Positions 10,244 to 18,207 of a stretch of DNA of 64,000 nt are shown piece after piece. This DNA is from Dehalococcoidales bacterium (lineage in GTDB: Bacteria; Chloroflexota; Dehalococcoidia; Dehalococcoidales; UBA2162). The translations under genes were made by a program, and so were the position numbers. Every line of letters begins with the position of its first letter. The stretch's first letter is position 1. The notes under the pieces are model-generated. The model was not told the DNA's origin and did not search any database. It was given only the letters and a program-made list of their open reading frames with translations. The stretch covers positions 45,617 to 109,616 of the forward strand of contig DAOULV010000003.1 of NCBI GenBank assembly GCA_034416335.1. Reading direction: 5' to 3'.

Positions 10244-10611
10244 TACCGGTTAATCATTCTGGTACCGATAGTTATTCCCAGCGGCAGCGCAACTTCTCTG
10301 AGCACGGTACCTATCGCCTTTTTAATACTGTTGCGGTCGTCAATCTTAACGTTATATTTGATCAATATCAGTCTGACCAGAGTATTGGTAGCCTGGGTAA
10401 TAAGTCTGATGTTTTCCGGGTCGCGTTCGAGCAGCGATATTATCTTTACTCTCATCATGGCGATTTCTTCATCGATCCCTTCGACTTTTATAGCCCTTTC
10501 AAAGGCTGCTCTTTCTTTTTCATCGAGTACCTTGGAATAGAATCCGTGTTTTCTTGCATTCTGGTTTCCTTTCTGCCCGCCCGGCTTCTTTTTTATCTCT
10601 TCCTTTCCCAT
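10243..10611 (-). CDS. terminase small subunit-like protein
   Basis: The N-terminal basic segment KKKPGGQKGNQNARKHGFYS is typical of small terminase / phage DNA-recognition proteins. It abuts the large subunit gene (stop/start overlap at 10243). Confidence 0.5.
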   Translation of the reverse strand: MGKEEIKKKPGGQKGNQNARKHGFYSKVLDEKERAAFERAIKVEGIDEEIAMMRVKIISLLERDPENIRLITQATNTLVRLILIKYNVKIDDRNSIKKAIGTVLREVALPLGITIGTRMINR

Positions 10612-10771
10612 CTCTCTTTACCATCCTTTACGAAGCTGCATCTAGCTCAACACCTCTAAACGGATAATAGCACAAATGTTCTAAATTTGACCATATTCTT
10701 ATGTCGCCGGTTTATGCTTCCCCCTTTTATTGATATTAGTTCCTCACCGGTATAAAATAATCTGTATCAAA

Positions 10772-11467
10772 ATGAATGTTTCCAGACAGCTTTTTAAACT
10801 GCAGGAAGTAGACCAGGAATTAGCTTCGAATGAGCAGACCTGTGCCCAGATTGATGCCCGACTGGGTGAAAGTAAAGAAATAGACGATACACGGGCGAAA
10901 CTTGAATCCGAGAAAAAACAGCTCGCAGAAATCTCTCATGCCCAGCACACCGTGGAATGGGAAATAGAAGATATTTCATCCAGGATGGCCAAATTCGAAG
11001 AGGAACTCTACAGCGGGAAAACAACAAATCCCAAGGAACTTACCAGCCTTCAGCAGGAAATCGACAGTCTGAAAACAAATCGCGCGAAACTCGAAGACCA
11101 GGACCTCGAGCTTATGGAAACCGTTGAGAAACTCAACGGTGAAATATCCGGACTCCAGGAGAACCTTAAGCAACTGGAGATTAAATGGCAGGAACAGCAG
11201 AAAGATTTGGCTGCTGAAATGAAAGAGCTTGAAGCAACGATTTCCGGGCTTAAGGACAAACGGGAAACACTGGCAGCAGAGATTGACCCGCAGGTGCTGG
11301 AAATCTACAACGAGCTTAAGAAACAACGAGGGACATCCGTGGCAAAAGTAGAACAGGGTATCTGCCGGGGCTGCCGGATATCTCTGCCCGTAAATGAGCT
11401 TCAGCAGGTAAGAAGTGGCAGACTGGTACGCTGCAGCAGCTGCGGACGCATCCTCTTCCTTGCATAG
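10772..11467 (+). CDS. COG1579-type coiled-coil protein with C-terminal C4 zinc ribbon
   Basis: Long heptad-rich coiled coil, then CRGCRISLP...CSSCGRILF. I chose the ATG at 10772, downstream of a TTGATA-N17-TAAAAT promoter-like pair. Confidence 0.75.
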   Translation: MNVSRQLFKLQEVDQELASNEQTCAQIDARLGESKEIDDTRAKLESEKKQLAEISHAQHTVEWEIEDISSRMAKFEEELYSGKTTNPKELTSLQQEIDSLKTNRAKLEDQDLELMETVEKLNGEISGLQENLKQLEIKWQEQQKDLAAEMKELEATISGLKDKRETLAAEIDPQVLEIYNELKKQRGTSVAKVEQGICRGCRISLPVNELQQVRSGRLVRCSSCGRILFLA

Positions 11468-11471
11468 TAAT

Positions 11472-11870
11472 TTGAGCAAAAAAGCACTTATATTCACAGA
11501 CGGTATGGCGGAGCCTAATCCCGGTCCGGGAGCAATAGGCGTCGTAATACAGGACGAACACGGTAAGACTGTAACCACTATCTCACGGGCTGTCGGAAGA
11601 GTCACCAATAACCAGGCCGAATACATGGCGGTGATATCCGCACTTAAAAAAGCCATCTCTCTCGGTTTTGACGATATTGAAATGCGTGCCGATTCGGAAC
11701 TGATCGTCAGGCAGATAAACGGCGAGTATCGGGTAAGGAACGCCGACCTGAAAAAGCTTTACCGGAAGGTGTTTGAACTGAAAAACCGGCTGAAGAATTA
11801 TTCGATCGTCCATATCCCGCGCCGCCTTAATAAAACAGCCGACAGGCTCGCAGGTGAAGCTGTCAGATAG
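11472..11870 (+). CDS. rnhA: ribonuclease HI
   Basis: IFTDGMAEPNPGPGAIGVVI...NNQAEYMAVISALKKA...ADSELIVRQINGEYRV...HIPRRLNKTAD carries the D-E-D-D catalytic set. A TTG start at 11472 avoids overlap with the upstream gene. Confidence 0.85.
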   Translation: MSKKALIFTDGMAEPNPGPGAIGVVIQDEHGKTVTTISRAVGRVTNNQAEYMAVISALKKAISLGFDDIEMRADSELIVRQINGEYRVRNADLKKLYRKVFELKNRLKNYSIVHIPRRLNKTADRLAGEAVR

Positions 11871-12021
11871 CTATTTACAACCGCCCCGGGAATATATACA
11901 ATAATGCGAAACAAATGATATAAAAAGCTATTGACGATGGTCTTTGGGTATGCTATCATCTGAATAATTAACATAACCACATGCACCATACGATAAAACA
12001 CAATAATCAGGAGGATTGACT

Positions 12022-12099
12022 ATGGCGTGGTGGACCTGGATACTCATAGTTTTACTTATTGTATTGGTAGTCGCGTTCTTTATGGCCCGGAGACGGTAA
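12022..12099 (+). CDS. possible 25-aa hydrophobic micro-protein (MAWWTWILIVLLIVLVVAFFMARRR)
   Basis: AGGAGGA sits 7 nt upstream. A TTGACG(11931)-N17-TATCAT(11954) promoter-like pair lies upstream, and a hairpin plus T-run lies downstream (about 12190..12227). It is too short to verify from sequence alone. Confidence 0.3.
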   Translation: MAWWTWILIVLLIVLVVAFFMARRR

Positions 12100-12273
12100 C
12101 TTTCTTTATACACCGGTTATTCCCGATCCGTCACTTGAAAAGAAATTGTTCTGAATTAGCGGCTTTTAGTCTCCAGTGACTAAGAGATAACTCTCTGACC
12201 GATGTGTCCGGAGAGTTTTTCTTTTATAACAACAGCTTTGAATAATCAAAGGCACTATTCGGTATTGGTTGTG

Positions 12274-12557
12274 ATTTTCGGTTCACCCCCCGCCTGCCAG
12301 AGTCTTGTACGGCGGGCAGGCCTTTTTCCCCCTCAAACAGTTGCCGTATTCAGTAGAAATATTTCGATTGTTTGAAGAGGGAAAAAGTTTGAGAGAGGGG
12401 TGAAATCCCTGGCTATACGTTCCTCCTCCGTCATTGCGAGGAGTCCGCCTTAGGCGGACGACATGGCAATCTCTATAATCGAACCCAGGGATTGCTTCGT
12501 CTCGACTACGTCGAGGACTCGCAATGACAACAAGACCAACCAGATGCAAACATAACC
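12274..12557 (+). repeat. dispersed structured repeat, copy A (about 284 bp), containing the GTCATTGCGAG...CTCGCAATGAC inverted repeat
   Basis: Aligns by eye end to end with 55462..55819, same orientation. The 3' portion of about 130 nt is roughly nine-tenths identical. Internal hairpins include TCCGCC-TTAG-GGCGGA. Confidence 0.85.
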
Positions 12558-12567
12558 TAAATCTCAC

Positions 12568-12596
12568 TTGACACTCACATACCTAATATATAAAAT
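12568..12596 (+). promoter_or_regulatory. sigma-70-like promoter for the tRNA-Phe/tRNA-Gly pair
   Basis: TTGACA (12568..12573), 17-nt spacer, TAAAAT (12591..12596). The tRNA starts at 12616. Confidence 0.55.
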
Positions 12597-12615
12597 AACC
12601 TTTGTGCAATATTGT

Positions 12616-12691
12616 GCCGAGGTAGCTCAGGCGGTAGAGCACTTGACTGAAAATCAAGGTGTCACCAGTTCGATTCTGGTCCTCGGCACCA
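12616..12691 (+). tRNA. tRNA-Phe (anticodon GAA)
   Basis: Manual cloverleaf: acceptor GCCGAGG/CCTCGGC, anticodon stem CTTGA/TCAAG with loop CTGAAAA, T-arm ACCAG-TTCGATT-CTGGT, encoded CCA. Confidence 0.95.
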
Positions 12692-12717
12692 TATAACTGA
12701 ATATCAACCCCATGCGG

Positions 12718-12793
12718 GCGGAAGTAGTTCAGTGGCTAGAACGCCTCCTTGCCAAGGAGGAGGTCGCGAGTTCGAATCTCGTCTTCCGCTCCA
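12718..12793 (+). tRNA. tRNA-Gly (anticodon GCC)
   Basis: Acceptor GCGGAAG/CTTCCGC, anticodon stem CCTCC/GGAGG with loop TTGCCAA, T-loop TTCGAAT, encoded CCA. Confidence 0.95.
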
Positions 12794-12813
12794 CCCTTTT
12801 CCACTCCATCTAA

Positions 12814-12856
12814 GTCATTACGAGACTCGGCGTCAAAAGCCGAGACGTGGCAATCC
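12814..12856 (+). repeat. short palindromic module GTCATTACGAG-hairpin-ACGTGGCAATCC (third copy of the module found inside repeats A and B)
   Basis: Same architecture as 12428..12470 and 55690..55731 (GTCATTGCGAG ... GTGGCAATC). The internal hairpin is CTCGGC-GTCAAAA-GCCGAG. Confidence 0.6.
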
Positions 12857-12946
12857 ATATCAATCATTTCCATTCGAATGGGATACTACCGTTGACTGTT
12901 ATATCCCTCGTTTGCCCTGATTCGACAGCTTTGCTAATATTGAATT

Positions 12947-13828
12947 ATGAGGTTACGCGCTTTCGAGCTTGATGAACCAGTTCCGAAACTAAAGGAACCG
13001 TACGCGTTTGCCATGCTCAAGCCCTGGGTGGATGTCGGACGTGCCGGGTCTCTTATCATTGCCTGGATGGAAAATCGCCTTGGCGTAAGTGACCTTGCCA
13101 GACTTTCCCGACCGGGTGATTTCTTCGATTTCACCCGTCATCGCCCAACCAGCTTCGTTTCTGCAGGCCGCCGGCGTATGACCATCCCCAACACATATGT
13201 TACTTACAGCAAAGCTCCGTCAGGGAATGATTATATATTTTTTCACCTGCTGGAACCCCACCATCACGGAGAAGAATACGTCGAATCCGTGCTGGAGTTA
13301 ATGCAGAAATTCGGTGTTAAGAGGTTTTCCATTATCGGCAGTATGCATGACTACGTTCCCCATACCCGGCCGATAACTGTTACAGGAGAAGCCCTCGGTG
13401 AAAACACCGGCAGATACCTGGCAGAGCACAAGATCGATTCGATAGAATACCGGGGGCCCACGTCGATTTGTTTCCTGATACCTCAGCAAGCTGCCGATAC
13501 GGGTATCGAGACTATGAGTCTCGTCGCCCACCTCCCTCAATATACCCAGATGGAAGAATATTTCATCGGCGCCGTAAGACTGATGAACATACTCTCTCCC
13601 ATATACGGCATTCCGGTAGACCAGTCTTATGAAAATAAGGCCAACCGCCAGCTGGAACAAATTAATGCCGCACTGGAAAATAATCCTCAACTGAAATCCA
13701 TTATCAAGCAGCTTGAAAACCACTACGACACCCGGAATGAAAAACCTGAAGACCGGTCTACGACCGAGCTCTCTCCCGAGGTAGAAAAGTTCCTCGCTGA
13801 AATGGACAAACGCTTCCGCGAAGGCTAA
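12947..13828 (+). CDS. PAC2 (proteasome assembly chaperone 2-like) family protein
   Basis: The 293-aa ORF has an N-terminus (EPYAFAMLKPWVDVGRAGSLII...) and a length consistent with the bacterial PAC2 / ATP-grasp-like family, as I recall it. Confidence 0.65.
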   Translation: MRLRAFELDEPVPKLKEPYAFAMLKPWVDVGRAGSLIIAWMENRLGVSDLARLSRPGDFFDFTRHRPTSFVSAGRRRMTIPNTYVTYSKAPSGNDYIFFHLLEPHHHGEEYVESVLELMQKFGVKRFSIIGSMHDYVPHTRPITVTGEALGENTGRYLAEHKIDSIEYRGPTSICFLIPQQAADTGIETMSLVAHLPQYTQMEEYFIGAVRLMNILSPIYGIPVDQSYENKANRQLEQINAALENNPQLKSIIKQLENHYDTRNEKPEDRSTTELSPEVEKFLAEMDKRFREG

Positions 13829-13895
13829 TTATTATCTTCTTCGCAAACCGGGAAATCCATTTTTCAAAATCCACAAGTGTTATTAAGCTCTGTAA

Positions 13896-13955
13896 TATGA
13901 AAATTTATGAAAATAAGTATTGATTTATGAAATTATATGAAATATAATGAAACAT
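13896..13955 (+). promoter_or_regulatory. cluster of five (T)ATGAAA(T) iterons overlapping a TTGATT-N17-TATAAT promoter
   Basis: ATATGAAAAT, TTATGAAAAT, TTATGAAATT, TATGAAATAT and AATGAAACA recur at about 10-12 nt spacing. The -35 is at 13920..13925 and the -10 at 13943..13948, directly upstream of the HTH gene at 13990. Confidence 0.5.
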
Positions 13956-13989
13956 ACTTGTTTTATCTCATAAGGATATCGGAGGGCAG

Positions 13990-14457
13990 ATGATGGAAGA
14001 GTATGAGAGGTTGTTTACAGTCGAAGACATTGCAAAAATGACTTCACTGACGTCCCGAACCATCAGGAATTACCTGAAAAACGGGACTCTTCAGGGAAAC
14101 AAAATAGGAGGGCAATGGAGGTTCACCATGGAAAATATCAGGCAACTGTTCGATAACAGCACGTTTTCAAACGACCTGTCCCGGAATAAACGGCTTCAGG
14201 TGATGAATTTCATTAATAATAAGTTTCCCGGTCATCCGGGTGATATCCGGGTCTGCACCATCGTCGACTGTTACTGCGAAGACCGAAACGAAGGTCACCG
14301 GATGTATGAGAAACTGGTAGCTGTGATTAACAACAGGGCGGATGGTTCTTCGAAAGCAAAATTCGACTACGAATTCATCGAGAAAGACAGCAAGGCAAGG
14401 TTTATCCTGTTTGGTGATCCTGATTATATTATCGAGACACTCCAGACACTTCTGTAA
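13990..14457 (+). CDS. excisionase/MerR-type HTH DNA-binding protein with an uncharacterised C-terminal domain
   Basis: FTVEDIAKMTSLTSRTIRNYLKNGTLQGNKIGGQWRF matches the 'helix-turn-helix, excisionase family' pattern. GGAGGG RBS upstream. Confidence 0.65.
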   Translation: MMEEYERLFTVEDIAKMTSLTSRTIRNYLKNGTLQGNKIGGQWRFTMENIRQLFDNSTFSNDLSRNKRLQVMNFINNKFPGHPGDIRVCTIVDCYCEDRNEGHRMYEKLVAVINNRADGSSKAKFDYEFIEKDSKARFILFGDPDYIIETLQTLL

Positions 14458-14527
14458 TTCTGGTTTCCACCGGATAACTTGATTATCTTATATTGCCCTG
14501 CCCTACAACCATATATTAGTATAGAAG

Positions 14528-16612
14528 TTACAGCTTCTTCCTCTTGTTGGAAATGTAGTCCACAAGCATATATTCTCCCAGCCTGTCAGGACTGGTGTAG
14601 AAGACCCTCCCCTTGTTGAGACGTGCCATGCGTACTACGAATTCACCTTGAAAATCGGCCCTTAATCCCCTGCCGCGTCCCGTCCGGAAACCACGCCTGA
14701 ATCCACTTCCGAAAGGGTCGCCTTCCAGCATAAATGTATTGATGGTAATCTTTTTCCTGGTGCAGAAACTTACCTCTCTGAGTGTCATTTGCAGTGTGCG
14801 GCTTGAGGGCGGGACCTGGAAATAAAGCTGTTTCCCCTCGAAGTGTGCGGTAGGTTCGCCATCCGATACAAGGATTATCTGCTTATTACTGCTTCTTTGT
14901 TTATCCAGCAGCTTCCGTGCAACATAAAGACCGTGCTGGAGATTGGTATAAGGATCGAATTCATCCCACGTCATACAGGTCAGGTCTTCCTTTTTTAACT
15001 CCCTGGCATAACTCGAAAAACCTACTATCCGCAGGCTGTCCTTCGGGTATTGACTCCTGATGAGCCCGTCGAGTGCCAGCGTTACTCTTTTAGCCGCTTC
15101 GAAATTGCCGCGCATCGGCATTGAAAGACTCATATCGAGCAGCAGAACGGTAGCCGATCTTGTCGCTTCCTCCATCCGGTATATTTCAAAATCGTCCGGG
15201 CTCAACCTGACGGGAGGTTTCTCCGGCTTTCGTTGAATGGAATTCATAATCGTCTTCTGGAGATGGAGATTAAAATCGTCGCCGAACTCGTAAGGTTTGG
15301 TCTCCTCTGTTCTCTCCCCTCCACTGCCGCGGACGTTAAGTCTATGTCCTCCGATACGATCTTTCTTCAACTGGTCGAATATGTCCTGAAGAGCCTGCTG
15401 GCCTATCTTTCTCATTCCGCGTGGTGTGAGTTCATATTTATCGCCTTCCAGGCGTATATATCCGGCTTCTTCGAGGGCTTTCGTGATATTTTTCAACTGG
15501 TCGAGGTCGTCAGCCGCTTCATCACCCAGCAGTTCTTTAACCAGTTTTTCGTCGACATTATCGATGGTTCGGTCGAAACGCGAATCTCTCAGTTGTGATT
15601 CCAGACGGTCCATCTTCTGGAGTTCTTCCATCAGGTTTAGGGCTTCATTGTAAGATATAGATTCATCTCCCGAGAACGGGTATTGCTGCTGAAGTCTGTC
15701 ACTGGGGTAAAGCCTTTCCATGTACGCCGAAAGTTTAGCCAGTTCGAACTGGGTCGAATCATCTATCATCGACTCCAGCAAATTCTGCAGCTCAGCCCTG
15801 TCTTCCGGTGATAAGCTGTTCATCAGCGACTGTGCCTGGGCAATCTGCTGCTGCATGCGCTCTATCAGTTCATCCAGATTACGGGGCGGATTCGGTCCGA
15901 AAAAGTCTCCGAACTCCCGCATAAAACTCTCGAAATCCGGTTCTTCGCCCTTCATCCTCTGTTCGAGCATCTGGTTCAGGGCTTCCACCATATGCCGCAT
16001 TCTGGCAAGAGTTTCGGGGTCGAGATTCTTTATCTGGTTCACCAGGTCGCGTCCGAACGACTGCATGGCATGCTTTTTCAGCATATCCAGCAGTTCCTTG
16101 AACTGCTGGCGTGCATCTTCGTCGATAAAATCGTAATCGGTTAATTCTTTAATCCGCCCACCAGTGTCGGGCGGTAAAGAATCGAGTTTCTTCAGGTTCT
16201 GTTCAGCCCTATCTTCCAGCGTTTTAAGCAGTCTTTGCCGTACCTCCGGCTCAAGTTCTTTGTACTCATCGTCAGCCTTATTTCTGGCATCATCCAGTTT
16301 ATTAGCTATACCCTCTCGCTCGGTCTTAATGATGTTTTCGAGTTTTTCACGGATGTCATTCATCACCGAGTCAAGGTTATATTTGCCGAGTTGTTCCTGT
16401 TTTTTCTGCCGGAGTTTGTCGACGAGTTCCTGGATACTTGGCATCCGCCTCCCCTGCCCGTCCCTGAGTCCCCTCTGCTGCATAAGACGCAGCGAATAAG
16501 ACAGGTCACCGTAAGACATCAGGTTCCTGCCCAGCTCATCCATCAGGTTATCGGCACTTAACTCGCCCGGCTCCTGGCTGCCGTCCCATTCAGAATACCG
16601 GAAAACGTTCAC
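14528..16612 (-). CDS. VWA-domain protein with a long acidic coiled-coil N-terminal region
   Basis: The C-terminal third has a VWA/MIDAS-like motif, VLLLDMSLSM...IILVSDGEPT. It is translationally coupled to the upstream ATPase (stop at 16614, start at 16612). Confidence 0.75.
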   Translation of the reverse strand: MNVFRYSEWDGSQEPGELSADNLMDELGRNLMSYGDLSYSLRLMQQRGLRDGQGRRMPSIQELVDKLRQKKQEQLGKYNLDSVMNDIREKLENIIKTEREGIANKLDDARNKADDEYKELEPEVRQRLLKTLEDRAEQNLKKLDSLPPDTGGRIKELTDYDFIDEDARQQFKELLDMLKKHAMQSFGRDLVNQIKNLDPETLARMRHMVEALNQMLEQRMKGEEPDFESFMREFGDFFGPNPPRNLDELIERMQQQIAQAQSLMNSLSPEDRAELQNLLESMIDDSTQFELAKLSAYMERLYPSDRLQQQYPFSGDESISYNEALNLMEELQKMDRLESQLRDSRFDRTIDNVDEKLVKELLGDEAADDLDQLKNITKALEEAGYIRLEGDKYELTPRGMRKIGQQALQDIFDQLKKDRIGGHRLNVRGSGGERTEETKPYEFGDDFNLHLQKTIMNSIQRKPEKPPVRLSPDDFEIYRMEEATRSATVLLLDMSLSMPMRGNFEAAKRVTLALDGLIRSQYPKDSLRIVGFSSYARELKKEDLTCMTWDEFDPYTNLQHGLYVARKLLDKQRSSNKQIILVSDGEPTAHFEGKQLYFQVPPSSRTLQMTLREVSFCTRKKITINTFMLEGDPFGSGFRRGFRTGRGRGLRADFQGEFVVRMARLNKGRVFYTSPDRLGEYMLVDYISNKRKKL

Positions 16613-16613
16613 G

Positions 16614-18017
16614 CTACTGCCTGTATACCGTCTTGCCGCCGCTCCTGGACTTGTTTAGCCTTTTGTTGATATGAAGTCCTTCCAGTACAAACTCAATCGC
16701 AGCAGCGACTATTTCAGGTTTCTCCGAGTCCGTAACTATCTTCAGCACGTCGGTAAATCCTATCATTTCCTTGATATTACCGATGTACGACTTCGCACTC
16801 ATCGTATCCGATACTTCGACGCTGAAACCACCGGTGAACTGGATGATTATATCTTCGAGCTCATCCACCATAAAATAGCGATTGAAAACACTCAGAACGG
16901 CTTTTCTTATCAGGTCGTTTATTATTTTTTCCTCTCTGGTATCCTCGAAACTCTCCAGTTCTATCTTTCCGCTGGTCGATGCCAGTATATAAGGAAGGTC
17001 GCTGATACGGGGAACAGCTAATTTTTCATTTGCCGTAATCGCACGTCTGATAGAGTTACTTATCACGGTCTCATAATTAGCAATGGAAGTCCTTACACTG
17101 ACCCCGGAACGCTGATTTATATCCGGACTCGAACGGGCCAGGTGGGTAATCTCAGCAATTATTTCCTTCATATAGTCAGGAACGTAGACCTCGAAATCAT
17201 CCTCTTCGAACTTCTTCCGCTCCGCTTCCACGATAGTTATTTCATCCTCTGCGGTAACCGGATAATGTGTCCTTATCTGAGCGCCGTACCTGTCTTTCAA
17301 CGGAGTTATAATTCTGCCGCGGTTCGTATAGTCCTCCGGATTGGCGCTGGATACCAGCATAATATCGAGAGGAAGCCTGACGCGGTACCCTCTGATCTGG
17401 ACGTCTCTCTCCTCCATCAGGTTAAATAGTCCTACCTGCAGTCTTTCGGTAAGGTCCGGTAACTCGTTGATACAGAAAATGCCCCGGTTTGTCCTCGGTA
17501 TTAGTCCGTAGTATATCGTTAGCTCATCCGAAAGATACCTGCCTTCGGCTACTTTTATCGGATCCACATCGCCTATAAGGTCGGCAATGGAAATATCGGG
17601 GGTAGCCAGCTTCTCTCCATACCGTTCTTCACGCGGGAGCCAGTCGATTTCAACATCATCGCCTTTCTCCGCTATCTTTTCATGGCAGGCTCTGCATATC
17701 GGTGAGAACGGGTCATCGTTTATTTCACAGCCCTTTATCACCGGGACTTCCTCATCGAGGAGGCTGACAAGGGCACGCATTATCCTGGACTTGGCCTGCC
17801 CTCTCTCACCGAGGAATATAATATCCTGTCCGGATATTATCGCGTTCAGAATCTGGGGGATTACCGTATTATCGAAACCGATAATCCCCGGGAAGAGATT
17901 ATCCTTCTTCTTGATCATCTCAATCAGGTTACGCCTCATTTCTTTCCTGATGGACTGGCTTTTGTAACCTGAAGATTTCAGTTCACCGATTGTCGCTGGT
18001 CTTTTCTTTTTAGCCAT
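16614..18017 (-). CDS. AAA+ ATPase of the Mg-chelatase ChlI / sigma-54-interaction-domain type
   Basis: Walker A-like FLGERGQAKS, Walker B-like GIFCINELPDL, arginine-finger region VSSANPEDYTNRGRIITPLKDRYG. Confidence 0.75.
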   Translation of the reverse strand: MAKKKRPATIGELKSSGYKSQSIRKEMRRNLIEMIKKKDNLFPGIIGFDNTVIPQILNAIISGQDIIFLGERGQAKSRIMRALVSLLDEEVPVIKGCEINDDPFSPICRACHEKIAEKGDDVEIDWLPREERYGEKLATPDISIADLIGDVDPIKVAEGRYLSDELTIYYGLIPRTNRGIFCINELPDLTERLQVGLFNLMEERDVQIRGYRVRLPLDIMLVSSANPEDYTNRGRIITPLKDRYGAQIRTHYPVTAEDEITIVEAERKKFEEDDFEVYVPDYMKEIIAEITHLARSSPDINQRSGVSVRTSIANYETVISNSIRRAITANEKLAVPRISDLPYILASTSGKIELESFEDTREEKIINDLIRKAVLSVFNRYFMVDELEDIIIQFTGGFSVEVSDTMSAKSYIGNIKEMIGFTDVLKIVTDSEKPEIVAAAIEFVLEGLHINKRLNKSRSGGKTVYRQ

Positions 18018-18121
18018 ACTACCTCACACACTTCTATATTTTGCTGCAGACTATATATTGATTTTACCACAGTGCAGATTCGACATTAAAATAATCGGAT
18101 TGCCGTTATGTATCTGTCTTT

Positions 18122-18190
18122 TTGCTTTGTTTATTTATGAGTGTTATAATATCTGCGTATGAACTGGATTATGTCCAGTTCAATTTTTTT
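18122..18190 (+). promoter_or_regulatory. promoter (TTGCTT-N17-TATAAT) followed by a leader hairpin plus T7 run upstream of 18208
   Basis: The -10 is at 18145..18150. Hairpin GAACTGGA-TTATG-TCCAGTTC spans 18161..18181 and TTTTTTT spans 18184..18190. No upstream plus-strand gene would need this terminator. Confidence 0.4.
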
Positions 18191-18207
18191 ATGGGCGGTG
18201 AGAGTAT

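Noticed and set aside
10976-11656. 226-aa minus-strand ORF spanning the COG1579 and rnhA genes
   Set aside because: It overlaps two well-supported plus-strand genes. Its translation is Cys/Leu/Phe-rich low complexity, an antisense artefact of the coiled-coil gene.
12283-12920. ORFs 12283..12567(-) and 12732..12920(+)
   Set aside because: The first lies entirely within the dispersed repeat, and its frame is broken by indels in the second copy. The second overlaps tRNA-Gly and the palindromic module. Both have low-complexity, Arg/Pro/Gly-rich translations typical of translated repeats.
13896-13955. Short tandem ATGAAA repeats as a mini CRISPR or satellite
   Set aside because: The units are 6-8 nt with irregular AT spacers, nothing like 25-40 nt CRISPR repeats. 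Operator-type iterons overlapping a promoter explain them better.
15233-16561. Multiple Ser/Leu-rich plus-strand ORFs (up to 138 aa) inside the VWA gene
   Set aside because: They are antisense to a Glu/Lys/Leu-rich coiled-coil coding region. Their low-complexity composition is the expected mirror of GAA/GAG/AAG codons, and they have no RBS or start context.
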